64,000 bases of DNA, taken from assembly GCA_035541455.1 (NCBI GenBank), contig DATKNH010000123.1, positions 10,701 through 74,700 on the forward strand, in the 5' to 3' direction. Positions 28,952-37,121 of this stretch are shown in pieces. Source of the DNA: Syntrophorhabdales bacterium (GTDB lineage Bacteria > Desulfobacterota > Syntrophorhabdia > Syntrophorhabdales > WCHB1-27). The position numbers and the translations under genes were made by a program. A model generated the notes under the pieces. It did no database searches. It was not told where the DNA came from and saw nothing but the letters and a program-made list of their open reading frames with translations. Positions within the stretch are counted from its first letter, which is position 1, and the number at the start of each line of letters is the position of its first letter.

Positions 28952-30550
28952 TCACCATTCGGGGAGACGGATCGATGATTTCCGCTCCTCGGGAGCAATC
29001 TTCTCAAAAGATGCCGGTGTGAGCAACGTGCCCCAGTCAGTCCGTTTCGCCATCTCGTCGGTGATCTGATGCGGTACCAATTCACGCCCCTCCCGAATCT
29101 CCCATCCACCCCCCAGTCCCCTGTAGACTGCCACCAGATTGCTGGAGAGATTGCCAAGGGTGATGGTGAGGTTGTCCTGCTCGCTCAGGAGAGCCTGCTG
29201 GGCGATCAGAACCGTGGTGAAATCCTTGAGCCCTTCCCGGTATTGGTCGATTGCAAAATCGAGAGTGTTCCTGGCCGCCGCTGTGCTCCGGTTGAGAAAC
29301 TCAGCCCTTTCCTGGGCCTTGAGATATGCAACGAGAGCATCTTCGACCTCCTTGTGCGCTTTGAGAACGGTGTTCTGGTAGGCGATCAAAAGTTGCTCCA
29401 GCCGCGCATCCTGTACCCGGACATTGTTCGTGATGCGGCCGTAGTTGAAGATGTTCCACTGGGCAGAGGGGCCCCACTGGAAGGTCCGACTGTCCCAGTT
29501 GAACATGTTGCTCAGTTTGAAATCGCTGACGTTTGTAGAGAGAAAGCCGAACGTTCCCGTCAGGGAGAAAGCAGGGTAGAGGTCTGCCTTGGCCATGCCT
29601 ATCTGGGCACTCTGTGCCGCCGCCTGGTACTCGACACTCCGAATGTCGGGCCGTCTGCGGAGAAGATCGTTGGGGATACCGACTACTATCTCGGGCGGCG
29701 CAACAGGGATTTCCGAAGAACCCTGCAGAATCTCGGTCAGATCGCCCGGGAGCATACCCAAAAGAAGGCTAAGTGAGTTCTTGGCCTGTCGCAGTTGGGC
29801 TTCGAGCGCTGGGATTGCGGCCGAAGTATCGTTGAGGAGTGTCTTTGCCTGCTCCACATCCAATCGTGGGGCCATGCCGTACCGCAGCCGATCCTCGGCA
29901 ATCTTGAGGCTCTCTTTTTGGGTCTCGACGGCCTGGCGGGCAATAGCAAGCCTCTTTTCAAGAGTCCTGATCGCGATATAAGAATTTGTCACGTCAGCCG
30001 TGAGGCTCACCAGAGCGCTGTCGTAGTCGGCCATCGTGGCACGCAGATTTGCATCGGCTGATTCGATGGCGCGCCTGAATTTTCCCCAGAAGTCAATCTC
30101 CCAGCTTGCACTGACGCCGATCTGGTCCTGCCAGTAATCGAAAATGTTGTCTACGCGAGGCAAAGGGCTGGAACCCACGATGGCGCCCAACGCGGATCGT
30201 TCGCTTGTGCGGATTTCCTGGAGCGAACCGAAAGCCTGCTGGGCTTGAGGATAGAGTCTTCCGACAGCAATCCCCAGCTGGGCGCGAGCCTCCAGAACCC
30301 GCACCCCTGCAATCCTGAGGGACAGGTTCCCCTGGTAGGCCCGCTCGATCAGTCTGTCCAGCACCGGATCATTAAACGCCTTCCACCAGGCTCTGTATTC
30401 GGCAGGGCCTGTCTTGACGCGCCAGTCGTCCGCATCGAGCCAGGCAGGTGATACCGCAGTTCCAGGCTTAACGAAGTTCGGTCCAACAGTGCACGAGCAA
30501 AGGAGAAGAACGACAACAAGCGCGAGCACGGCCAGCCCTGCGCTCCTCAT
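28952..30550 (-). CDS. Outer-membrane efflux factor lipoprotein (NodT/TolC family)
   Basis: The signal MRSAGLAVLALVVVLLLCSC is followed by duplicated OEP repeats. The start is moved to the signal-peptide Met; the ORF-track start at 30700 overlaps tetR. Confidence 0.85.
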   Translation of the reverse strand: MRSAGLAVLALVVVLLLCSCTVGPNFVKPGTAVSPAWLDADDWRVKTGPAEYRAWWKAFNDPVLDRLIERAYQGNLSLRIAGVRVLEARAQLGIAVGRLYPQAQQAFGSLQEIRTSERSALGAIVGSSPLPRVDNIFDYWQDQIGVSASWEIDFWGKFRRAIESADANLRATMADYDSALVSLTADVTNSYIAIRTLEKRLAIARQAVETQKESLKIAEDRLRYGMAPRLDVEQAKTLLNDTSAAIPALEAQLRQAKNSLSLLLGMLPGDLTEILQGSSEIPVAPPEIVVGIPNDLLRRRPDIRSVEYQAAAQSAQIGMAKADLYPAFSLTGTFGFLSTNVSDFKLSNMFNWDSRTFQWGPSAQWNIFNYGRITNNVRVQDARLEQLLIAYQNTVLKAHKEVEDALVAYLKAQERAEFLNRSTAAARNTLDFAIDQYREGLKDFTTVLIAQQALLSEQDNLTITLGNLSSNLVAVYRGLGGGWEIREGRELVPHQITDEMAKRTDWGTLLTPASFEKIAPEERKSSIRLPEW

Positions 30551-30648
30551 CTGGTTGACACCGTTGCACAGACGCTCACGTCCTATTTCTTCCTTAGTGC
30601 GCGAAGAGCGTGGTGGCTTCTCCAGAGCAAAAGGGGGCGCGACCATGG

Positions 30649-31347
30649 CTATCCCTCTCTCAAGCGGGTCTTCCTGGACGACATGCGTGGCTCTCCCCAC
30701 TTTGACATTCTTGCCCTTCCTTTCTCGGTCATAATGCCTGTAAGGACCACCCTTATGATGGCCAGGAACCCGTCAGGTGGTGTGAGTTCCATCTCCTTCA
30801 TCTTCTGCGGCGTGAGAATGCTCTCTACCGCTGCCAACAGTAATTCGATGATGAATGCTGGCGGTAGGTCTTTGCAGATCAGACCGGCTTTCCGTCCTTC
30901 TTCCAGGACTTTCCCGAAATACCGGTGAATCATCTCCAGCCGCCGTTTCTGGACGAGCAGGAACATGTCGGGCTGTTCCCGCTGGATGTCCCAGAGAAAG
31001 GAGGGCTGGATTTCTTCGAGGTGCTGCCGAAGGCAGGCGCTGAGTTCTTGAAGCAAGGCCGGAAAGCTGGAAATGTCGCCGGACGCTATACGCCCCAGGT
31101 CCACGTCAATGTCATGCATCTTGTCACGCAGCACAGCTTCCAGCAGGGCCACCTTATTCGGGAAATGGGCATAGAGTGTCTTCTTGCTCATGCCCAGATC
31201 CGTCGCCAGATCATCCATGGTGATGATCCGAAACCCATGAGCCAGAAAGCGTCGCCTGGCATTTGTGATTATCCGCCTGCGGACAGACTGGCCCACCGTG
31301 GTCGTCGTGGATTGTTCATTAAGCAGCACTGACTTGCGGGCAGCCAT
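30649..31347 (-). CDS. TetR/AcrR-family transcriptional regulator
   Basis: N-terminal HTH (GFRIITMDDLATDLGMSKKTLYAHFPNK). It is the first gene of the efflux operon. Confidence 0.9.
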   Translation of the reverse strand: MAARKSVLLNEQSTTTTVGQSVRRRIITNARRRFLAHGFRIITMDDLATDLGMSKKTLYAHFPNKVALLEAVLRDKMHDIDVDLGRIASGDISSFPALLQELSACLRQHLEEIQPSFLWDIQREQPDMFLLVQKRRLEMIHRYFGKVLEEGRKAGLICKDLPPAFIIELLLAAVESILTPQKMKEMELTPPDGFLAIIRVVLTGIMTEKGRARMSKWGEPRMSSRKTRLREG

Positions 31348-31357
31348 ATTGCACTCA

Positions 31358-31393
31358 GGAAACTAACATAGTATTTATAGTTTCCAAAGTCAA
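31358..31393 (-). promoter_or_regulatory. Putative tetR/efflux promoter (TTGACT-17-TATGTT) with an embedded palindromic operator
   Basis: The minus strand reads TTGACT ttggaaactataaatac TATGTT. The inverted repeat GGAAACTA-N12-TAGTTTCC (31358-31385) overlaps the spacer, the -10 and the start region. Confidence 0.55.
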
Positions 31394-31395
31394 GC

Positions 31396-31434
31396 AAAAA
31401 ATGTCCGGCCGCGAAGACCGATTCGGCGGTCCGG
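31396..31434 (-). terminator. Rho-independent terminator after the cupin gene
   Basis: The minus-strand stem is CCGG(A)CCGC..GAA/TTC..GCGGCCGG, followed by ACATTTTTTGC. Confidence 0.6.
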
Positions 31435-31502
31435 CGCCTAGCAGCAAGAACAAACGTCAGGAAAAGGAATCGGGCGGTGAAGACAGGGCCGTGAGCCTGC
31501 TC

Positions 31503-31832
31503 TTACGACTTTATCATCACCAGGAGCATCTTAAATTTCGTCACTGCCCTGAGAGCGTGAGGCTGGTGCGCCGGCATCACGATCATGTCGCCTTTCTGGA
31601 GAAGATGCTTTTTCCCTGATATGGTGATCTCCACCTCGCCATCGAGCAGGGACACCATGGCGTCAAAGGGTGCGGTGTGTTCGCTCAGGCCCTGGCCCGC
31701 ATCAAAGGCGAATAGAGTGACTGTGCCCGTGGACCGGCTGATTATTTCCCGGCTGACGACAGAGCCTGTCTGATAGGCGATAAGATCGGCGAGCTGCGCT
31801 ACCTGCGGTTCCTGGTTTGTCTTTTCGGTCAT
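31503..31832 (-). CDS. Cupin-domain protein
   Basis: Small beta-barrel signature G..EHT.P.D....L.GE and ...GD.I..PA...HAL. Confidence 0.7.
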   Translation of the reverse strand: MTEKTNQEPQVAQLADLIAYQTGSVVSREIISRSTGTVTLFAFDAGQGLSEHTAPFDAMVSLLDGEVEITISGKKHLLQKGDMIVMPAHQPHALRAVTKFKMLLVMIKS

Positions 31833-31921
31833 CGCTGAAATCCTCCCTCTTGAGCGTATCTTTAAGTTTCATACATCTTAGTGACGGACGCAAGGAGAGA
31901 AGAAAATCTTCTTAATTTTTC

Positions 31922-31950
31922 TTGACACAGGTCAAAAAGATACTTAGTCT
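31922..31950 (+). promoter_or_regulatory. Putative perR-dfx promoter (TTGACA-17-TAGTCT) with small palindromes over the -10
   Basis: Perfect -35. The -10 ends 9 nt before the ATG at 31960, and there is no SD. TCTAA-ag-TTAGA overlaps the -10/start region and is a candidate Fur-family box. Confidence 0.45.
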
Positions 31951-31959
31951 AAAGTTAGA

Positions 31960-32439
31960 ATGAATACAAAACTGAGGTCCCCCAGGGAAGCACTGGTAGA
32001 GAGCGGTCTCAATCCGTCCTTTCAACGCATACGGATACTTGAGCACATGCTGGGAAGACTGGACCATCCTACGGTGAGCATGGTGCACGACAGTCTTATC
32101 AGGGAGATGCCGATGCTGGCCAAGGCGACCGTGTACAACACGCTTAATGCCTTTGTGGAAAAAGGATTGGCAATCGCCCTGACCATTACATCCGAGGAAT
32201 GCCGCTATGATTGCAGAAGGGAGGCGCACCATCACTTCTTGTGCAAGCGGTGCGGCTCAATTCTCGATATCGAGATACGGTGCAAGTATGCGGGTGTAGG
32301 CGAAGTCATGGGACACAGGGTTGAAGACATACACGGTTATTTCAAGGGCACATGCAAGACTTGCCTGACAGAAGAAGAGAGAGCGCGAGCGAGATCCAAG
32401 AAGATCTTGCAGCATACCATTTCTAAAAAAGGAGGATAA
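31960..32439 (+). CDS. perR: Fur-family regulator, PerR-like
   Basis: Winged-helix N-terminus, HHHF, and CxxC...CxxC pairs. It lies directly upstream of desulfoferrodoxin. Confidence 0.75.
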   Translation: MNTKLRSPREALVESGLNPSFQRIRILEHMLGRLDHPTVSMVHDSLIREMPMLAKATVYNTLNAFVEKGLAIALTITSEECRYDCRREAHHHFLCKRCGSILDIEIRCKYAGVGEVMGHRVEDIHGYFKGTCKTCLTEEERARARSKKILQHTISKKGG

Positions 32440-32441
32440 GA

Positions 32442-32819
32442 ATGGCTGATCGGATGCAGGTGTACAAATGTGACGTATGCGGAAACATAGTCGAGGTGAC
32501 ACACGCAGGTAAGGGTGTGCTGGCTTGCTGCAACCAGCCGATGAAGCTGATGGCTGAGAACACTGTAGAGGCCTCTCTGGAGAAGCACGTGCCTGTTGTC
32601 GAGAAGACGCAGGACGGGGTAGCGGTAAAGGTTGGCAGTGTGGCCCATCCGATGGAAGAGAAACACTACATTGAGTGGATCGAGATTGTGACACCTGCCG
32701 GCTGCATTGAACGCCAGTACCTCACGCCCGGACAGGAGCCGAAGGCCTCCTTTGCGGTGAAGGGTGAGGCTGTGACTGCGAGAGAATACTGCAGCCTGCA
32801 CGGATTGTGGAAATCATAA
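32442..32819 (+). CDS. dfx: Desulfoferrodoxin (2Fe superoxide reductase)
   Basis: The N-terminal desulforedoxin motif [12 protein letters not shown]...CC is followed by the SOR centre-II motifs EKHVP and HPMEE.HYIEWIE. Confidence 0.9.
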   Translation: MADRMQVYKCDVCGNIVEVTHAGKGVLACCNQPMKLMAENTVEASLEKHVPVVEKTQDGVAVKVGSVAHPMEEKHYIEWIEIVTPAGCIERQYLTPGQEPKASFAVKGEAVTAREYCSLHGLWKS

Positions 32820-32824
32820 GAGAC

Positions 32825-32886
32825 GGGTCAGGGGACGTGGTCGGGGGTCACGAGAAGGCTAATCAAATTCCGACCCCTACATTGCG
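32825..32886 (+). repeat. Intercistronic GGGTCA/G-tract + ATTGCG element, copy 3 (dfx to sfsA spacer, looser)
   Basis: GGGTCAGGGGACGTGGTCGGGGGTCACGAG, then 26 nt, then ATTCGC-equivalent box ATTGCG, 6 nt before the sfsA ATG. Confidence 0.6.
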
Positions 32887-32892
32887 GTTATC

Positions 32893-33753
32893 ATGCATGC
32901 GGACGAGCCAGCAGGAACGAGGAACGGGGAATGCCTGCTGAACATCCCTAGCTACATAGAGTGTGTCATAAGAAGACGGCTGAATCGGTTTGTCGTGGAG
33001 ATTTCAGTCGACGGCCGGGGAGAACACGCCCATATCAATAACACAGGCAGGCTCCTTGAGCTCCTCGTCTCCGGGCGAAAAGCAGCATGCCTTCCGTCCC
33101 CTGGCGGCAAGACTTCCTACAAGCTGTTTGCGATAGAGTCTCACAGGCAAACCCGGAATACCGTTGTCCGTGGAACTCTATCTAGCGAACACAGTGAGCG
33201 AGAGGGGAAGGCTCCGGCGGCTTTGCCGATGGAGGGGGCGACGCGAGCCCCAGAGATAGAGTCGGCATCGGCCTGGACGCTTATCGACACGCAATTTCAG
33301 ATGCGGGCGTTTGAGCGGGCGCTTGCCGAAGAGAGGATAGAATGGCTTTCCGGTTGGCGCCTCCAAAGAAGGAACCCGAGGCTTGGCGATAGCGTGCTTG
33401 ACTATGCATTAGTGAAGGACAGTGCTCCCGGAGAGCTTTATATTGAGGTCAAGAGTGCTGCTTTGCAGCAGGGAAGGTATGCAATGTACCCGGACTGCCT
33501 CACGCTCCGGGGGCAGAGGCACATCCGGGTCCTTATCGATCACGCTCGCCGGAAGCTGAGAGGGGCAATCTGCTTCATAGCAGCATTCAAGGATGCTGCA
33601 GCGTTCCGTCCCTTTGAGGGCGGTGATCCCGCCGTGGCGGCCCTTCTGAGACAGGCAGCAGGTGCCGGCGTGGAGATCAGGGCGGTCTCCCTTTACTTCG
33701 ACGGCAAGGGGATTCAGCTTGGTGATCCTGATCTGCCCGTTCACCTTTTTTGA
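32893..33753 (+). CDS. sfsA: SfsA-family nuclease-fold protein with a 41-aa internal insertion
   Basis: RRLNRFVVEI...HINNTGRL and YIEVKSA...PD..T.RG.RH match SfsA. There is extra hydrophilic sequence between the N- and C-domains. Confidence 0.8.
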   Translation: MHADEPAGTRNGECLLNIPSYIECVIRRRLNRFVVEISVDGRGEHAHINNTGRLLELLVSGRKAACLPSPGGKTSYKLFAIESHRQTRNTVVRGTLSSEHSEREGKAPAALPMEGATRAPEIESASAWTLIDTQFQMRAFERALAEERIEWLSGWRLQRRNPRLGDSVLDYALVKDSAPGELYIEVKSAALQQGRYAMYPDCLTLRGQRHIRVLIDHARRKLRGAICFIAAFKDAAAFRPFEGGDPAVAALLRQAAGAGVEIRAVSLYFDGKGIQLGDPDLPVHLF

Positions 33754-33814
33754 CCATTCGTTGTGAAGGCGGACTGATCGGGATCACGGGCTGAATGCCG
33801 CGATGAGGTTTTGC

Positions 33815-33843
33815 TTGACAGGGCCCCGTCTATCTGGTAGTTT
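33815..33843 (+). promoter_or_regulatory. Putative promoter (TTGACA-17-TAGTTT) abutting the methyltransferase start
   Basis: Perfect -35. The -10 ends 8 nt before the ATG at 33852, with no SD. Confidence 0.4.
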
Positions 33844-33851
33844 GTGTGCGC

Positions 33852-34469
33852 ATGAACAGGGAACAGGTACGCACAATTTACGGTCAATATTCGTCGGTAT
33901 ACGATTTGTGTTTTTCGCACGTTTTTTCCCCAAGGATTAAGCTGGGTTTGAGCAGATCCGACATCCAGGAAGGCGACAGGATACTCGAGGTTGGAGTCGG
34001 AACGGGGATCTCGCTTCATATGTACCCTGAATCCTGCATGCTTGTCGGTGTTGACGTGACCCGCAAGATGCTTGAGAAAGCGCAGGACAAGAAAGAAGCC
34101 ATGCAGCTGGACAACGTGCATCTCCTTGAGATGGACGGCGAGAACCTGACTTTTGCAGATGACAGCTTTGATCACTCGGTCGCCGCTTTTGTCGTCACCG
34201 TGGTCCCGAACCCGGAAAAGATGGTTGCTGAAATGAAGAGGGTGACGAAGAAGGGCGGGAACATTGTGATCCTGAACCACTTCTGCAGCAACAACGGTAT
34301 TGTAAAGAAGCTGGAGAATCTTTTTTCTCCCCTTTGTGAAAGGTGGGGCTGGAGATCAGACCTTTCCATTAATTTACTCTCTAACCACTGCAGTCTCCAC
34401 ATCAAAGAAGTATTCAAGAAAAACAAGCTGGACCCCTGGTCCATCATCATCGCTACAAACAACAAGTGA
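33852..34469 (+). CDS. Class I SAM-dependent methyltransferase
   Basis: Motif I is ILEVGVGTG, with an acidic loop and post-I motifs. ATG 33852 is preferred over GTG 33846. Confidence 0.8.
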   Translation: MNREQVRTIYGQYSSVYDLCFSHVFSPRIKLGLSRSDIQEGDRILEVGVGTGISLHMYPESCMLVGVDVTRKMLEKAQDKKEAMQLDNVHLLEMDGENLTFADDSFDHSVAAFVVTVVPNPEKMVAEMKRVTKKGGNIVILNHFCSNNGIVKKLENLFSPLCERWGWRSDLSINLLSNHCSLHIKEVFKKNKLDPWSIIIATNNK

Positions 34470-34470
34470 A

Positions 34471-35286
34471 ATGAAGATAGCCGGAATTCAGTTCGCATGC
34501 GTGAAGGATAAGGAGAAGAACGTAGAAAAAGGCCTGAAGATGGCTGATATGGCTATCGAGGCGGGTGCGCAGATCATCTGCTTCCAGGAACTGTTCAACC
34601 TTCACTGGTTTCCAAATGGGAGAGACGAAAAAGCCTTCGCCGCCGCAGATACGGTATCCAGCCCTGTGATTGAACTCATGAGAAAAAAAGCCGCTGACGC
34701 GGGCGCAGCCGTGATACTTCCCATTTTTGAACGGGAGGATGCCCGATACTTCAACAGCGCGGTGGTGATTGACGCGGACGGCGCTGTCTGCGGTACATAC
34801 AGGAAAGTGCACGTACCCGATATTCCTCTCTGGGAAGAGAAATTCTATTTCTCTACCGGCGATCGGGGTCTTCCTGTTTTCGAGACAAAATATGGGAGAA
34901 TCGGCGTGCAGATTTCCTGGGATAACCTCTTCCCCGAAGGAACGCGCATTCTTGCCCTCAAGGGGACTGATATCGTTTTTGCGCCTACTGCCTGCGCCTT
35001 CAAGTCGCAACACATCTGGCAGACGGTTATCACGGCAAATGCGATCACCAACAGCATTTTTGTCATGAGGGTCAACCGGGTGGGAAGCGAGGATACGCAG
35101 GACTTTTACGGCATGAGCTTCTGTGTAAATCCTGAAGGCGAGCTTCTGGGTGGCCCTACGGGAAGACAGGACGGTATTCTGCTGGCCGACGTGAATCTCG
35201 AGACTCTGAGGGAAGTGCGCAGAGAATGGCCTATCCTCAAAGAAAGAAGGCCTGATTTTTACAGCGAAATCCTGATGCCCACATGA
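34471..35286 (+). CDS. Carbon-nitrogen hydrolase (nitrilase superfamily)
   Basis: MKIAGIQF..., the catalytic E (CFQE), K (YRKVH) and a WDN..PE block. The ATG lies 1 nt after the upstream stop. Confidence 0.8.
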   Translation: MKIAGIQFACVKDKEKNVEKGLKMADMAIEAGAQIICFQELFNLHWFPNGRDEKAFAAADTVSSPVIELMRKKAADAGAAVILPIFEREDARYFNSAVVIDADGAVCGTYRKVHVPDIPLWEEKFYFSTGDRGLPVFETKYGRIGVQISWDNLFPEGTRILALKGTDIVFAPTACAFKSQHIWQTVITANAITNSIFVMRVNRVGSEDTQDFYGMSFCVNPEGELLGGPTGRQDGILLADVNLETLREVRREWPILKERRPDFYSEILMPT

Positions 35287-35330
35287 CGGGACTCCACGAA
35301 ACCCATTGAAGCGGGCGACCGGGTACCCGC

Positions 35331-37028
35331 TTGCGGGTGCCTCAATGTGTGGCACCAAGGCAGACTCTTGTGATACGGAAAAAGATTGTGACCATCATCA
35401 GGGATGCAGCAGAGCGCTGCATCGAAAAAGGCATGTTCCCTCCCGGAACAGAGATAAAGCCGATCATAGAGATTCCAAAAGAACCCGAGCACGGAGACTA
35501 CTCTACAAATCTGGCATTTCTGCTGGCGCGGAGCTTGAGGAAGAAGCCTGAAGAAATTGCCAAGAACCTTATCGAGTGCATGGATTTTAGCGCCGTCTGC
35601 TCAAACGTAGATGTCGCCGCCAAGGGGTTCATTAACTTCCACGTGCGTGACGACGTGTACCGCTCGACAATAAACGTTATAGCCGAACAAGGGCTGGTGC
35701 CATTTTTACCCGATGTCGGAGAGGGAAAGAGGGTGCTCATCGAATTCGTCAGCGCAAACCCTACCGGACCGTTGCATGTGGGGCATGGCCGGGGTGCTGC
35801 CGTCGGTGACGTTCTTGCAAAGCTTTTGCGCAAGGCAGGTTATGACGTGGTCACGGAGTATTACGTGAATGATGCAGGGCGGCAGATCGAAACTCTGGGC
35901 AGGTCCGTCTATCTGAGATGGAAAGAGATTGGAGGAGCAAGCGTCCAGTATCCGGAGAACCTCTACCAGGGGGCCTATGTCAGAGACATAGCCGGCCGGA
36001 TAATCGCGGAAAACCTCTCCGTCCCGGAAGAGGAACCGGAGGCTGTTCGGTTCATGGCCCGTTACGCTGCAGATGTTGTGCTGCGTGGCATTCGAGAAGA
36101 CCTTGAGGATTTTGGTGTCAGGTTCGATAACTACTATCATGAGCGGACGCTTTTTGAAGAAGGGCATGTGGACGAAACGATCGATACGCTCAAGAGAGGC
36201 GGCTATCTGTATGAGCAGGAAGGCGCCCTGTGGTTTAAGATGGATGAAAAGGGGGATGAGAAGGATCGGGTAATAGTTAAGTCGGATGGAGAAAAAACCT
36301 ACTTCGCATCGGACATAGCCTACCACAGTCAAAAATTTGCGCGGAGATTTGATATACTAGTTGATATCTGGGGTTCTGATCATCATGGATACATACCGCG
36401 TCTCAAGGCGTCCATCGAGGCTCTGGGAAAAGACAAGGAGAGCCTGAAGGTCATTCTCATTCAGTTTGTCACGCTCTTGAGGGATGGAAAACCAATAGGC
36501 ATGTCAACGAGAGCAGGCCAGTTTACGACGCTGAGGGAGGTCATGGATGAAGTGGGCAGAGACGCTACGCGCTTTTTCTTTCTGATGAGAAAGAGCGATG
36601 CCCACCTGGAGTTTGATCTGGACCTGGCGAAGAAGACATCAAATGAGAATCCTGTTTTTTACGTGCAGTATGCCCATGCGAGAATTGCATCCATTTTTCG
36701 CCTTGCAAAGGAAGAAGGCGTAGATAGTACAGACGGTAAAGAGGTGGATGCAAGCCTCTTGGTGCTTCCGGAGGAGATTGAACTCATAAAGGGTATCTTG
36801 CGCTTCTATTCTGTTGTGGAAGGGGGCGCGAGGAGCCTTGAGCCCCACAGGCTCACCTTCTACCTCGTGGAACTGGTGGGAAGCTTTCACCGGTATTACA
36901 ACAAGGTCCGTGTGCTGAAGAATGAGATCAATCTCACCAGAGCCCGCCTCATGCTCCTCCACATACTGCAGCAGGTGATAAGGAGCGGGTTGGAAATACT
37001 CGGGGTGAGCGCGCCGGAAAAGATGTAA
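35331..37028 (+). CDS. argS: Arginyl-tRNA synthetase
   Basis: SANPTGPLHVGHGR (HIGH) plus the anticodon-binding C-terminus ending YNK.RVL. The true start is uncertain: TTG 35331 or GTG 35370. Confidence 0.9.
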   Translation: MRVPQCVAPRQTLVIRKKIVTIIRDAAERCIEKGMFPPGTEIKPIIEIPKEPEHGDYSTNLAFLLARSLRKKPEEIAKNLIECMDFSAVCSNVDVAAKGFINFHVRDDVYRSTINVIAEQGLVPFLPDVGEGKRVLIEFVSANPTGPLHVGHGRGAAVGDVLAKLLRKAGYDVVTEYYVNDAGRQIETLGRSVYLRWKEIGGASVQYPENLYQGAYVRDIAGRIIAENLSVPEEEPEAVRFMARYAADVVLRGIREDLEDFGVRFDNYYHERTLFEEGHVDETIDTLKRGGYLYEQEGALWFKMDEKGDEKDRVIVKSDGEKTYFASDIAYHSQKFARRFDILVDIWGSDHHGYIPRLKASIEALGKDKESLKVILIQFVTLLRDGKPIGMSTRAGQFTTLREVMDEVGRDATRFFFLMRKSDAHLEFDLDLAKKTSNENPVFYVQYAHARIASIFRLAKEEGVDSTDGKEVDASLLVLPEEIELIKGILRFYSVVEGGARSLEPHRLTFYLVELVGSFHRYYNKVRVLKNEINLTRARLMLLHILQQVIRSGLEILGVSAPEKM

Positions 37029-37041
37029 GAGATAGGGCCAT

Positions 37042-37096
37042 GGGTCAAGGGGTGCGGGTCATGAGTGAACGCAGCATGAAGACTGAAGACATTGCG
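37042..37096 (+). repeat. Intercistronic GGGTCA/G-tract + ATTGCG element, copy 2 (argS to lepB spacer)
   Basis: GGGTCAAGGGGTGCGGGTCATGAGTGAAC, then 20 nt of purine-rich sequence, then ATTGCG. 25 of 29 positions are identical to copy 1 by hand alignment. Confidence 0.75.
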
Positions 37097-37121
37097 ATAG
37101 AAGAAAGCGAGATGAACTGAG

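Noticed and set aside
28659-28958. 99-aa ORF filling the gap between the outer-membrane factor and HlyD genes
   Set aside because: It has Ser/Pro/Arg-rich low-complexity translation and no SD, and it overlaps both neighbouring genes' ends. The region is treated as non-coding.
33141-33254. Miniature transposable element (MITE/IS remnant) as the source of the sfsA insertion
   Set aside because: There are no terminal inverted repeats at the insert ends (TCACAGGCAAAC... versus ...GCGAGCCCCAGA), no transposase and no second copy in the window. The direct-repeat observation is retained as a finding, but the mobile-element call is not supported.
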